From assembly GCF_004010195.1 (NCBI RefSeq), contig NC_057719.1, forward strand, positions 65,095,866 through 65,159,865: a stretch of DNA of 64,000 bases, in the 5' to 3' direction. The translations under genes and the position numbers were made by a program. Under the pieces are notes generated by a model that ran no database searches, had not been told where the DNA came from, and saw nothing but the letters and a program-made list of their open reading frames with translations. Shown here piece after piece: positions 25,235-38,579 of this stretch (positions are counted from its first letter, which is position 1; each line of letters begins with the position of its first letter). The DNA is from Chiloscyllium plagiosum. Lineage: Eukaryota.

Positions 25235-26604
25235 TGATTCCTGTGGATTGGAAGATAGCAAATGTCAGCCCACCATTCAAGAAAGGAGCATAAAGAGAAA
25301 ACAAGGATTACAGACCTGTTAGCCTTACAGCAATAATTGAGAGAATGCTCAAATCTGTTATAAGGGATGGGATGAATATTTGGTAATGATCTGAATGGAC
25401 ATAGTCAGCATGGATTTACAAATAAGAAAACATGTTTGACAAACTTTTTGAAGATTTTTTGAAGATTTTTTAAATTCTCTGAATATTCCCTAAATTTTCC
25501 CACAGGCAGCTAGATGGAAAGATTCAAACACATGGGGTGGGAGATACTGTACTGGATGGATTATTGATTGGCCAGCGGACAGAAAATAGAGAGTTGGCTG
25601 TAACTAGTGGAGTGCTGTAAGAACCAATGCTTCGACCCCAGCTATTCACTATATATATAACTGATCAGGAACTAGGGACTGAATCTAATAGTTCCAAATT
25701 TGTGGATGATACAAAGCTAAGTGGGGGAATGTGTTTTGTGAGGAAGTGTAAAGCAACGTCTGGAAGATTTGGACAGGCTTGGTGAAAGGACAAGCACATG
25801 GCAGATGGAATATAATGTGGAAAAAAGGTGAGGCCATCCACTTTGGTGGGAAAAAAGAATGTATTTCTTAAATGGTAAGAAGGTGGAAAGTGTAAAGTAC
25901 ACAAAGGCCTAGGCATCCTTGCAATAAGTTACTGAAAGCTAACATGGAGGTTGAACATGCTATTAGGAAGACTAATGGAATGTTAGTCTCTATTGAAAGT
26001 GATTTGACTAAAGGAGCAGTAAGGTCTTGTATCAGTTATACATGAGCTTGTTTAGATTGCACTTGGAGTACTGTGTGCAGGTTTGATCTCCCTATCTCAG
26101 GAAAGGTATAATTTCCAGAGAGAGAATGTAACAAATGTTCACAAGACTTCTTCCTGAGATTGAAGGACTGTCCTATGAACAGAGATTAGGCAAACTTGGC
26201 ATGTATTCTCTCCAGTTTGGAAGAATGAGAGGTGATCAAAGTGAAACTTATTTAAATGCGTGGAGGGATATCGAGGGTAGATGAAGATAAGATGCTCTCA
26301 CTGGTTGAGGAGTCTGGAATCAGGGCACAATTTAAAAATATGGGGCATGCCATTAAAGCCCAAGATGAAGTGAAATGTTTTCACTTGGCATGTTGTGAAC
26401 CTTTCTAATTCTCTACCGCACAGAGTGGTAGAAGCTATGCCTTTGAATATGCTTAAAGTAGAGATTGATAGATTTTTGATTACCAATACCACGTAGGGCT
26501 AAGATGATGAGATAAGTAATAGATATTGAGGTGTTTGACCAGCCATGACCGAGTGGAATGGTTGGATGACCTCAATGGGCTGTCTAGCATATTCCTGTTC
26601 CTAT
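25235..26604 (+). mobile_element. CR1 LINE RT-to-3' end, decayed
   Basis: tccaaatttgtggatgatacaaag (SKFVDDTK), ggagtactgtgtgcag (EYCVQ), gaagaatgagaggtgat (RMRGD). Confidence 0.88.
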
Positions 26605-26837
26605 TTGGTACAAAAAATGTAATCTACTGTTTCCGTTTAAATATTTCAGGCCTTTTTCATGACAGATCTAAAATTTCTTAGATGGAGCTGATGTTCTGTA
26701 ATTAAATTTCCAGGAAGTTCTGCCTTGGGTGAAATCTAAGTTGGAACAGATTGGGGGAGTCATCCTTCTCAATGTTAGCATTTCCCTTTTACAAGATATT
26801 TTTGTTTATTACCTTAGTTGCTTGGATGACTTGCGGT

Positions 26838-27158
26838 TATAGAATCCCTACAGTGTGGAAGCAGACCATTTGGTCTATCAAGTCCACACCATCCCTCTGA
26901 AGAGCATCCCACACGGATACACCCCATCCCTGTAACCCTGCATTTCAAATGGCTAATCTTCTTAGCCTGCAAATCCCTGAATACTATGAGCAATTTAGCA
27001 TGACCAATCCACCTAACCCACGCTCTTTGGACTGTGGGAGGAAACCCACACAGACACAGGGAGCGAGTGCAAACTTGACACAGACAGTCACCCGAAGCTG
27101 GAATCAAACCCAGGTCCCTGGTGTTGTGAGACAGCAGTGGTAGCTACTGAGCCACTGT
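26838..27158 (-). mobile_element. HE1-type SINE
   Basis: Reverse complement of the 24898 copy (agaatccctacagtgtggaa..ctttggactgtgggaggaaacc..). Confidence 0.9.
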
Positions 27159-28680
27159 GATATTAATTCTAGTGGGATCTGTCTGCAAAACAGCTTCTTG
27201 CTGATTTAAAATTGATAACAGCACAATATCCTCCTCATATTACTGACACAAGTTCAAAGTTCATTTTTGAAAGTCCCTTCATTGGAAAGTTTGAGGAAGT
27301 CTGGCTTCAAAGACAAAACTTTGTCTAGGCACTGAGGAGCTTGCCAGGCCCTGTAATTTCAATTGATAGCCAATCTTGTGGAGCCATATGTTTTTTGTAA
27401 TAATTCTTTGTTGTGCTTTGGCCCACAGTTTGTGACGTCATTAGCCACAGGAGAAAGGGAAAAGCTTGTCATCCAGAAGTAATCCATTTAACCTGACTTC
27501 TACCCGGGAAATTAGTGAGAGCTGAATTTTAAAGAATGAACATATTGTGGTGACTTGCACTGTTTCTTTGTTTGGTTTTCAGTATCCTCTGCACTTTGCA
27601 CAACTATGTGTTAATGGAATGGAAAACCTTTTCTTGAGATGGCTAGGGTGGTTTCTGTTATGCACAGAAGCATCCAGCAATACTTTGGACCTTGAGACAG
27701 CTAGCAACACTGGATATGTCGTTCACTGATGAGGCACATAAGACAAATGCAACATGATAGATGAATCTGTTCTTTTAAGTAAATAATTAATTTCAGTGTT
27801 TAACATTAAATGAATCAACTTCAATAGACAAGAATGTATTAAAGACTAAACAATGTGGTAAGCTAAGAGTAACGTTGACCTTGCTCTCCAGCTGCAAGTT
27901 CTCCACTAGGGTATTGGCTAGCAAACTGGAGAGTGAGAGACACAGAAAAAGGAGAGTTTGGATCAGGATGTTATCATGGAACAGCTCGAGCTATCCAGCT
28001 GCTTATCCATACAGGGAAACCAACCCAGAATTGTCTGTCTTGAGTCACCACGTACAGACTTAAATGAAGTCATTAATAGGATATCTGCAATTTGTTATAG
28101 ACCCTATGGGAATGACTTGATATAAAAAAAACTTATTGAATAGACATGTTACAGGAATCCTTTCCACAGGGTTTAATTAACACTTTTTGCATGATGCACA
28201 AAACATGCTTCGCTCTTCCATAAAGAAACTTGTGCTCCCATTATTAACTTGCTGGGAATATGAAATGGTCTATTTGAAAGTTACTTGTGAATCATGGAAA
28301 TGGGATGGGAGTGGTAGCCATGTGAACTGAATTTGTTTTTAGTGCACAGTGATTTCAGTCGCAAAAATATGTATAGATTATTGTCCCCTTGTTTGACCTT
28401 ATTTTGGCTATGTTTATGCATACCATATTTAACTAGAATCTTGTCTCCATTAGAAAATAGACTGGTGTGCTTCCACTCAAAGGGTAGCAACATTTTTGGA
28501 GCTAGCTTTCTTTTAAAAGCAGGAATCATATGGATGTGTAAGTGTGCAACACCATCCCAGCAAACTCAGAAGCCAGCCTGGAGCATCAAGAACTGTTGAG
28601 GAAATGGATTTCAGGTTTAAACCAGCTATAATGTAATTAACTAGCTGAATTACCTCAATGGGGTTGAATAGTTTAATCAG

Positions 28681-28895
28681 CGTTTAGACTAGAGTAGTGC
28701 TAGAAAAGCACAGCAGGTCAGGCAGCACCCGAGGACCAGGAAAATTGACGTTTCGGGCAAAAGCTCTTAATCAGGAAACTTTTGCCCGAAACGTCGATTT
28801 TCCTGCTTCTCGGATGTTGCCTGACCTGCTGTGTTTTTCCAGCACCACTTTAGTCTAAACTCCGGTTTCCAGCATCTGCAGTCCTCACTTTTGCC
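28681..28895. mobile_element. Penelope-like family B inverted pair with 12-bp TSD
   Basis: 28683-28763 is the reverse complement of about 28778-28860. Flanks tagtttaatcag at 28669-28680 and 28896-28907. Confidence 0.88.
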
Positions 28896-29777
28896 TAGTT
28901 TAATCAGATATTCATTGCACAAAAGGAAACCATCCTATCTATTGTCCCAATGCTAGTCAACAAAAATCTAACCATACTAATTCCATTTTCTAGCTTTTGT
29001 TGCATAGCCTAGAGACTATGACAACACAAGCGAATATCTAAATACTGCTTAAAAGTTATGAGAGTTTCTCACCTGCCACCTTTTCATGCAGTGATTTCCA
29101 AACTTTCACCACTGTTCAAGTGAGAAATCTTCTCCTCAACTCTTGTTATAGCCTTCCAGCTCTTTATTAACTCTGGGCTCCCTAGTTATTGACCCGTCTA
29201 CTAATAGAAACAGTGTCTTCCTATTCATCCAGTCTATGCTCCTCAAAACCTTATACACCTCTATCTGGTCCCTTCTCAGCCTTCACTGGCCCAAGGAAAA
29301 TAACTCCGGCCTATCCAATTCTTCCCAAGAGCCCAGATCCTCCAGCTCAGGGGCATCATCATACATTTCCGCTGTGCCTTCTCAAAAGCAATCACATCCT
29401 TCCTATTAAGTGGTGATCAGAACCAAGTCAAGGACTCTAGTTGTGGCCTAACCAGTGTTTTGTACAGTTCCAGCATACCAGGCTTTCTTTTGTATTCTGT
29501 GCCTCAGCTAATAAAGGCATGTATCATATGCCACCTTCACCATTTTTCTATCTGCCATTGCTATGTTCATGGATCTGTCGATGTTCAACCAAGTCCCTCT
29601 GATCCTCAATACTTTCAAGGATCTGACCATTCATGCTGTAATTCCTTGTTAGCCCTCCCCAAGTGCAATACCTCACACTGGTTGGAATTCCCTTTTCCAA
29701 TGCTCTGCCCAGCTGAGTAATCTGTTGATCTCCTCCTGCGGTTTATGGCTACCTTCCTTATTATATATCATCCTAAC

Positions 29778-30137
29778 ATCCCTACAGCGTGGAAGCAGGC
29801 CATTTGGCCCATTCACGTCACACCAACCCTCTGAATAGTATCCTACTCAGATCCACGCCCACCCTCCCTCCCCCTCAACTCTATACCAGTAACTTTGCAT
29901 TTCCCATGGCAAATCCATCTAGCCTGCATATCCCTGGACACTATGGGCAATTTAACATGGCCAATCCACCTAGCCTGCACATGTTTGGACAGTGGGAGGA
30001 AACCTGAGCACCCAGATGAGTTCCATAAAGATATGGGGAGAATGTGCAAACTGCACACACACAGTTGCCTGAAGGTGGAATTGAACCTGGGTTCCAGGTG
30101 CTGTGAGGCAGCAGTGCCAACCACTGAGCCACCGTGC
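29778..30137 (-). mobile_element. HE1-type SINE nested in CR1
   Basis: Full HE1-like sequence on the minus strand. Confidence 0.9.
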
Positions 30138-30925
30138 TGACAATTTTGTGTCATCCATCAACTTCTTGATTATTCCTCAAGTTTATGTCCAAATCATTAA
30201 TATGTACCACAAACAATCCAGTATTGAGCCCTATGGAACTCCACTGGAACAGCTCCAGCCATAGAAACATTCCTCTATCACCAACCTCTACATCTTGCCT
30301 CTTAGCTAATATTCAATTCAATGACCATTTTCTTGCTTTTTGGCAAGTCTGATGAGGGACCTTATCAAATGCTGTACAGAACACAATGTGGACTACATCA
30401 AATTCATTATCCTCATCAAAACCCTTGTCTACCTCCTCAAACAAATTGATCAATGTTAAATACAAAAGTCCCTTAACAAATCCATGCTGATTATCCCTGA
30501 TAAATCTGTGTTTCCGAAAGTGCAGATATATCTGTCCCTCAGAATTATTTAATAACTCCCCTAGCACCGAGGTCAGACTCTGGCCTATAATTTCCTGATC
30601 TATCATTTCTACATTTTGTTTTGTATTAATTCTATTACATTAGCAATCCTCCATGTTTGGCTGCGGAAGATTTGAAAATCAGTGTCAGGGCTCCTGATAT
30701 CTTTGCTGGTGCCTCCATAAAATGCGTGAGATACATCTCATCCAGGCCTACTAGTCTATTTACTTACAAGAGTGCTGAACATGCTAATACTCATCTCTCT
30801 TTGTTAATTTCTTCTCCTATTGCACAATCCTCCACCTTGCTGTCTATACCTGTCATTGTGAAGACTGTCTTTCTGGTCCACACACACTGCTTACCTCTAT
30901 TGTCCCTAATGGGCCGTACTGTTTA

Positions 30926-31117
30926 CAGAGGAACCTTGACTATCTGAACAACACGGGCAGGGAGTATTTTGGTTGGATAATCGAATGTTTGGATAATTGA
31001 ATGTTTGGATAATTGAATACCAGTTAACACAGTTTAGCCAAGCATTGGGACTTTGCGATCTGGTTTGGATAATCTGAAATATGGATAATCGAAGGTTGGA
31101 TAATCGAGGTTCCTCTG
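30926..31117. mobile_element. Tc1/mariner (Tigger/pogo-like) MITE with TA TSD
   Basis: TA-CAGAGGAACCTtGAcTATC..GATAATCGAGGTTCCTCTG-TA; internal repeats of ggataat(c/t)ga. Confidence 0.85.
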
Positions 31118-31124
31118 TACTTAG

Positions 31125-31165
31125 TACTTTGCACAACCCAGTCTGACACCAGCAACTCCAAATCA
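31125..31165 (+). mobile_element. 41-bp Penelope family A terminal fragment with 14-bp TSD
   Basis: actttgcacaacccagtctgacaccagcaactccaaatca matches 175-213. Flanks tcctctgtacttag at 31111-31124 and 31166-31179. Confidence 0.75.
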
Positions 31166-33809
31166 TCCTCTGTACTTAGGTATTCTTTTGTTCTTGATAT
31201 CTGTTTTTAAAGAAAAATGCATTTGGATCTTCCTATATTCTACCCATCAATGATTTCTCATGCATTCTTTGTTTCCCTAATTTCTTTGCCAAATGTACCC
31301 CATACTTGAGGGACTTTGTTGTATTGAGTCTTCCTTATCCGTTGTAAACCTTTTACTTTAATCCTGACATTTATGTCCTTTGATAGCCAGGATTCTCTGA
31401 CTTGGTCCCATCCTTTGTCTTGACAGGGATGTGTTTGACCCATACTCTTGCTATTCCTCCTTGACTGCCTCCCACAATTTTATCTGCAAGTAGCTACCCT
31501 CAGTCAACTTGGGCCAATTTATACCTTCTCTTACTAATTTATTCTTTCTGCAGTTTAGAACATTTATTCCTAGCCCATTCTTATCCTTTTCCATAGCCAA
31601 AATAAATCTAAATTATGGTCACCATCTTCAAAATCTTCCCGGAAGGATGCTATCGGGGCTTATTGCCAAATATGAGGTCCAGACGTGTCCCCTCCCTTGT
31701 AGGGATTTCTATGTCTTGGATTAAAAACAAACCTGAATGTAATGAAAGAACTCTGTCCTCCCACTATCTTGCACACTGAAACCACTGTAGTTAATATCTG
31801 GGTAGTAAAAATCCCCTATATTAATCTTACACTTCTCTTTAAGTTAAATACATATTTAATGCTCTATTTCTCCCTGATTGTTAAGACATGTACTGTAGGC
31901 CACCAAACAGTCCATTTGCCCCTTTAATTACTGCTACCCATAGGCCTCATTTGATGATCCTCCCAAAATATCAGACCTCCTCACTACTATAATTCATCCC
32001 TTGATCAATATTGCAACCTCTCCCCCCACTTCTATTTCACCTGTATATTTTCTGACTACTCTACCAATCCAGCCTGTCTTTCAGCCAGATCTCAGTCATA
32101 GCTATGTTACTGTACTCCCAGATGCCTATCTCGACCCTCAACTTGTTTTTCCTGCAGCTCCGTGCATTAAAATATGTCCTATTAACCTTAACACTTTTAT
32201 CTTATCTAGTCTATGTTTTCTCTCCCTTCCACACTTACTTTTGAGCATTTTAGTTTTTAATTCCACCTCTCCTTCTCTTCCTTCTGAATTATTTATCAAA
32301 GTCTTACAGTTCAATTTCTTACCTAATTCCTTTGAGTCTGCTTACAGAACCTCATTTCTCTTTCATCCTATGTGCTGTTGCTACCAATGAACCATGCCCT
32401 CTGCCTGTTCACCCTTCCTTTCCAGAATTCTCTGCAGCCATTCCAAGATGCCCTTGACCCTGGCACTCAGGAATCCTGCACTCATCTCTGCAGCCTCACA
32501 GAGCCTGTCTTCTCTACTCACTAACAAATCCTCTAACACATGTGTCCCTCCTCCCACTCTTTGAACAGTTGGACCACTCACTGTGTCATGGCCCTGGTCC
32601 TGACTGGCCACTCTGTCACTGTTTTTCAAGGCCACAAAACATTTTGCAAAAACAATGCACTCTGGGGATTCCCTACTGCCTGCCTGGTCCCCTAGGTCCG
32701 TCTGGCGGTCACCCGTTCCCTCTCTGTCTGCACCTCCTTAACCAGCTGGCTGACCATATCCTGAAACGTGTGATGCATGTACCTCTCAACCTCATGAAAT
32801 CACTGTAGTGCCCCCAGCTACTGCGCAAGCTTCAACTTGGAGTTTCTCCAGTTGGAGTCACCTTCCGCACACATGGTTGTCTATACCATGAGGGACAGGG
32901 TATGCAAATCACAGGACTGAGCTCCATTAACAATCCTCAGCTGCAAAATACATGGCCTCTGCTTTTATTTTACCCTAACGTTACTTGAGGATCCACGAGT
33001 AAAATCTTCTCAGTGAGAGTCCATGACTCAGCTGCTACTCTCGATAAATGCCGACTGCCTGTCACAGAGTCCTGTTCCTGATATAAAAGTCCTGTCACAC
33101 TATTCTGTGATACCATGAATTCTTTGGCCCATTTTACTGTTTAATATGTTTTCTGCAGGGTAATACTGCATTTCTCAGGAGCTGTGTACTGACTTGTATT
33201 TCACTCTGATAAGAACCAGATAAACAGAAGCTGTGTTTATTTAAGAGTCGTTTGAATTTTTGTTTTTCCTTCTTGTCCCAAATGTCAGTCAAATCAAATG
33301 AAAATGGAAGCCAGTAGAAATGAGTCATAATGAAAGTCACAGGAAATGGCCTGCAAACTTCAGTCTAGAGATGAAGAAAAGCAGTCACATTTGAATGAGT
33401 TCTCAATTATTTAAATTGTTCTGACTTGTTAGTTCAATCTCCTACTGAACAAAGACCTCTCAATGCTTTTAATGTAATTGTTAAATTTGAATTCTCGAGG
33501 ACTAATGCAATGTTTTGGACAGCATTACTATAGATGTTCATACTAGTTGGCATTCAATTCTATTTATTAGGCGTACCTTCCTGTACCTAATACTGTTTTT
33601 TGTATAAGCCTCCTTGTTTGGAGATGTGTCATTATTGTTTTAGCTTTAAGTGAACGAAACTTGTGAATGATTATGCTTTGGGAGTTAAGTACAGCTAACT
33701 TTCTTGTAAATATCTAAAGTGCTACATTAGGAATACTGAGACCTCATAACAAGGGGTTGGATTCACCATCTTCTCCAATCTGAATTGATCATTTCTAAAG
33801 AATTTGCAG

Positions 33810-34014
33810 GAAAGTGAGTGCATTCTTCACTAAGCTCTGGATTTCTGGACATTCAGTTGCCACCAGCTGCCTCCCAGGGATTAAATGTTGTCTGTGGCTA
33901 AACAGTAGGGTGCTTGGCAATAGATACTGTGCCTCATCTCTGAATGGGAAGTAATTGATGTGTAAGCTACAAATGCCCTGCGTTCTCTTCCACCTGTCCT
34001 AACACCAAAGGCAA
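33810..34014 (+). repeat. Non-TE-looking segment duplicated at 39658-39862
   Basis: gaaagtgagtgcattcttcactaagctctgg..caccaaaggcaa is present twice, highly similar, each time followed by a minus-strand SINE. Confidence 0.92.
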
Positions 34015-34348
34015 TAGAATCATAGAATCCCTACAGTGTGGAAACAGGCCCAAATCCACACTTACCCTCTAAAGAGTAACCCACCCAGACCCATTTCCCT
34101 ATCCTATATATAGTCCTGACTGAAGCAGCTAACCTACACACCCTGAACACTATGGGCAATTTAGCATGGTAAATTCACCTAACCTGCACATTTTTGGATT
34201 GTGGGAGGAAACTGGCGCACCCAGAGGAAAGCCACGCAGACATGGGGAGAGTGTACAAACTCCACACAGACAATTGCCCGAGGCTGGAATCGAACCCTGA
34301 TTCATGGTGCTATGAGGCAGCCGTGCTAACCACTTGAGCCACTGTGCC
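34015..34348 (-). mobile_element. HE1-type SINE
   Basis: Minus-strand HE1-like sequence with tagaatca tail. Confidence 0.9.
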
Positions 34349-34859
34349 CTCAAATAATGTAGATCCTTTAATAAAAGTGTAACAATGTGCTTTATCAGAG
34401 AGAAAAATGACACTGAACCACTTGAAAAATTCTTCCATACTCTCTCCTTTAAACTCCTTAAAACCTTGGAAGATTGGCTAAAGAAACAGGTATTAAGGAG
34501 CTTAAAGAAAAAGTGGTGGAAAGATATGAAGGCTTTCATAGAGAAGGACAAAATACTTGAGCTGTACTACCTGAGGAATGGCAACAATGTGCAGATTACA
34601 TCTCTGTTCTTTTTTTTACATCATGGTTTTCATCGTCTAACCTGCTCGAATTAGCCAATTGCTTAAATGTATTGGAGTCCTCCAAACTCTCAGCTTTAAG
34701 TGGGAGCTTTCAGAGGATTCCAGACACAAGGGAGTTACCCACCAGAAACCTCTGTTTCCTGAGTCATTCATTCAGAGTCTGCTACATTGAATACTCCGCA
34801 GGGAGCCTGTAAGCAACTCCCATCCACACTGCAGAACCATCTACTTGTCCATTGGAAAA

Positions 34860-34944
34860 GAAGGGCTTATGCCCGAAACGTCGATTCTCCTGTTCCTTGG
34901 GTGCTGCCTGACCTGCTGCGCTTTTCCAGCAACACATTTTCAGC
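34860..34944 (+). mobile_element. Penelope-like family B fragment with 11-bp TSD
   Basis: aagggcttatgcccGAAACGTCgattc..ttttcagc, flanked by ccattggaaaa at 34849-34859 and 34945-34955. Confidence 0.85.
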
Positions 34945-35356
34945 CCATTGGAAAATCCAGGTCTTTGAGTCACTGTGTATGAGGGCAATTTTCAAAGTTG
35001 AGACAATTGGAAACAAAATGGCCTGAATTTCCTAAATGTGAGTGTTTTGTGAGTAAAAGCAAAATAGTTCATTGATGCTTATTGATCTCATATTGAAATC
35101 ACTATAAAACATCAAAATTTGTGGCAGCAAGATGCAAATAGGAAACCAGTTTTATAGGCTGTTGTTATATTTACAGAAACTGTAAGGTGAGGGCTGATTT
35201 TTAAATGTTAAAATTACAAGAATAATATAATACCAGAGTCTTGAATCCCAGAAAAGGCTCAAAGCTGGCTAGTTAAGTGACTGAAAATGCCTTTTGTGTA
35301 TTGTGACTTTGGAACTGATGGCAATTCCCTACTAGCACAGGAGACTACTACAGATT

Positions 35357-35517
35357 TAGAGTCATAGTCATAGAGATGTACAGCATGGAAACAGACCCTT
35401 CGGTCCAACCCGTCCATGCCAACCAGATATCCCAACCCAATCTAGTCCCACCTGCCAATCTAGTCCCACCGGCCTATATCCCTCCAAACCCTTCCTATTC
35501 ATATACCCATCCAAATC
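35357..35517 (-). mobile_element. CR1/HER1 extreme 3' end
   Basis: Matches 23400-23555. Confidence 0.85.
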
Positions 35518-35726
35518 CAGCTTAATATTCCAACTTTGTGAAAAGTTGTGTAAGCAATTAAATGGCATGATGTTAATACATCTCCATGATATGGTCGTAT
35601 TGTGAGTCATATTATAAATGGAGAGAGAAGAAGGAAAATTCATGAAAAAGGTTTTTTTAAAATTACAAGTCATATAGTTGGTCTTGGATAGTATTAGGAA
35701 TAGTCAGGAATCAGTTTGCCTGTTTT

Positions 35727-36030
35727 AGATTAGATTCCCTACAGTGTGGAAACAGGTCCTTTGGCCCAACCAGTCCACACTGACCCTCTGAAGAGTAACC
35801 CACCCAGACGCATTTCCCTCTGACTAATGCACCTACACTATGGGCAATTTAGCATGGTCAATTCACCTGGCCTGCATATCTTTGGACTGTGGGAGGAAAC
35901 CGGAGCACCCGGAGGAAACCCACGCAGACACGGGGAGAACGTGCAAACTTCACACGGACAGTCGCCCGAGGTTGAAATTGATCCTGGGACCCTGGCGCTG
36001 TGAGGCAGCAGTGCTAACCAATGAGCCATC
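35727..36030 (-). mobile_element. HE1-type SINE
   Basis: Minus-strand HE1-like sequence. Confidence 0.92.
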
Positions 36031-37799
36031 CACTCTATTGGATATGGATAATGCAGCGACAACCAAATGCAATGAAGGGAAGAAGGAGATAATATATTCC
36101 CTTGAATGGAATGAAATGGCATCTTTGTGAAATTCCTACTCACAAAATCAGTTGAAATTCTTTAACCATTTAACTTGCTTCAAAGTGAGCTCATCCTAAA
36201 TTTGGCATTTTTTGGTGCAGTGACTATTTTAATTATTCAAAGCGACAACTGTCTTAACAACTTGACATCCTGCTGTACATTCTCTAATGCAGCGACAACC
36301 AAACCTTTGGTGTTGCCAATTCACAACAGACAATGTTATTGTTCATGTTTTTTGAAAAATCTGGCTCCAGATAGATTGCTCAAAGGCAATTTGATGAGTG
36401 GGTGAGTGTCTTTCCAATGTGAAGAAATTCCTATATTCAATAGAAGATATTTATATTTTAAATGTCAGCCGAAGGACGTGCTCAAATAATCAAGTTCAAT
36501 AGCCATGTGCTATCGGTAGTGCTGAGTAGTCCATAAACAGTTTTCGTATTGTTATAAGTTAGTTATTTGGCAGAGGATGAGGAGGTTTGATTACATCTTT
36601 GACAAGAGTTGCTTTCATGGAGATCCTTTAACACAAGCAAATGTCGTGAGGCAAATTGCTGAGGAAACAAATAGACTGTGTGTTGGTAGTTTACCGATTG
36701 CAAAACTAAAAGGTTAGGTTTCAAGGTTTTTAAACGTGAAAAGGGAAACATTGAGGGAAGGTATGTCATTATGAGGAGCGAACAATTTTTTTAAAAACAA
36801 ATGTTGCTTCTAAATTTTTATTTGAGTTCCTGCCAGAGTGATACCTGGAATTATCTTCAAGACACAGCCCTGATTTGGATAACCCTGAAGTGTTTGATAT
36901 TACCATATCATAATATGTGTAAATGGTACCTTTGGTTCCTTGTATGACATGGGGTCAATTTTCAGAATGGGGGTGAAATGGAGAGATTAAGTGTAAAATA
37001 TACCTAATTTAAATGGTGGCTTTGAAAACTCTCATAAATATAACACCTTTAAATTTGGTGCTGTTTACATCTCATAAAACTTTATTATTGTTTTACAGAC
37101 ATTTAGAATGGTTCCATGTAAGGAAAAAATGAGAAGCAATTTTAAAGCTTCCTGCACATCATTTTATATTACTGTTTAGCTACTTTGAACATGACTTATA
37201 TCTTTGTTCATTTTTTAACATATACTATGGTTGTTTCATCATCTTTTATTGCTGTTTCCCTGTCTCCTCTCCGGTCCTAACATACACACTATTAAATGAA
37301 CAGGCAAAAAGCCTACTTTGCAATGTGAAAATACCGCACTTGCCTTCTTAATTACATTAATAAAGTGGAGTAACATTCCTACTATTCCATGAGTTTGTCT
37401 GAGTAGAATTTTCAGATTTTTGTTGGGTTGGGTTCCTTCTATACAACAATTATCAGAACGACATCAATAGACATGGAGGTAGTTGCATTCTTCTTAAGGA
37501 TGATCCTGTAACAATGAAATGGAGTGAGTATTGAAATTGATAGGATAATTGTGGATTTATTTCTGAATATAAGAAATTTATACAAAGGGCTAACTTTTGT
37601 TTCATTGCAAGTGCAGCATCTCCACCAGTCCAAGGCTTCCTTACATTTATACTCCATATCCACCTTGTAATAAATAACAATGTTTCATTTGTCTTCTCAA
37701 TTACCTGCTATACATGAATGCTAAATGTTTTATGACATCATATACAGTCACCCAGATCATTCCAGACTGCAGCTTCTGCAATCCTTCCGCGTCAAGTAT

Positions 37800-37890
37800 C
37801 TGCTTCTGATGAAGGGTTACACCCAAAACATTAACTTCTCCAGCTCCTGATGCTGCCTGGCTTGCTGTGTTCTTCTAGCCTACTGCTGTC
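37800..37890 (+). mobile_element. Penelope-related fragment with decayed hammerhead
   Basis: CTGATGA-AGGGT-tac-ACCC-aAAAC..tgatgctgcctggcttgctgtgttcttctagc. Confidence 0.6.
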
Positions 37891-38174
37891 TCTTCTGACC
37901 AAAGTGGATAACCTCACCATTTTCCAAAATACTGGCACTGAAATTTACATACCACCATACTCCTTTGTGTATGAAGCAGAACACCACTTTAGCATGCTGG
38001 CAGTGTCCTGATAGTGGTGACCACCACTTGTGTTGCTACTGAATAATAGCAGTGTGAAACAACAGCTAGCTTCACTATTTGCATATTTGATCAGACCATT
38101 TGTTTATTGTGCAAGCTGATACTGCAGAGGATGCATGGAAACCATGCTGTTGAGAACAACTACCCCCCACTGAT

Positions 38175-38478
38175 CATAGAATCTCCTACAGTATAGAAGC
38201 AGGCCATTTGGCCCATTGGGTCCACACTGCCCCTCCAAGGAGCATCCAATCCAGACCTACCCCCTTCCCTAATCCACCTAGCCTGCACATCCCTGGACAG
38301 TATGAGGAATTTAGCATGGCCAATCCACCTAACCTGCATTTCTTGGACTGTGGGAAGAAACCCACACAGACACTGGAAGAGCATTCAAACTCCACACAGG
38401 CAGCTGACCGGGGGTAGAGTTGAAACCAGGTTCCTGGTGTTGTGAGGCTGCAGTGCTAATCACTGATCCACCATGCCG
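38175..38478 (-). mobile_element. HE1-type SINE
   Basis: Minus-strand HE1-like sequence. Confidence 0.88.
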
Positions 38479-38579
38479 CTCCTATTAGGATTTGGATTAT
38501 AGGATGTCGACCATAGGTCCCAGACCATAATAAACAACATATCCTTTTGGCTGTTTTTAACAAGAGAAGTACTGACTCT

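Larger units (their letters stand above)
28912..32930 (-). mobile_element. Long decayed CR1 LINE (ORF1 esterase region to 3' end), interrupted by a SINE, a MITE and a Penelope tail
   Basis: Minus-strand IRDNQHGFVKG..LTLINLFEEV..FDKVPH (30313-30606) and ORF1-like SARVKGILEWLQRILERKGEQAEGMVH (32381-32635). Confidence 0.85.

Noticed and set aside
30970..31110. Short interspaced repeats (ggataatcga) superficially like a CRISPR array
   Set aside because: Irregular 10-bp repeats inside a eukaryotic MITE; no cas genes.
34385..34654. Lys/Leu-rich 89-aa ORF
   Set aside because: Compositionally biased, with no identifiable domain or exon boundaries.
36574..36712. AG-bounded open segment RMRRFDYIFDKSCFHGDPL..
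   Set aside because: Weak splice signals; may be a very old CR1 RT remnant.
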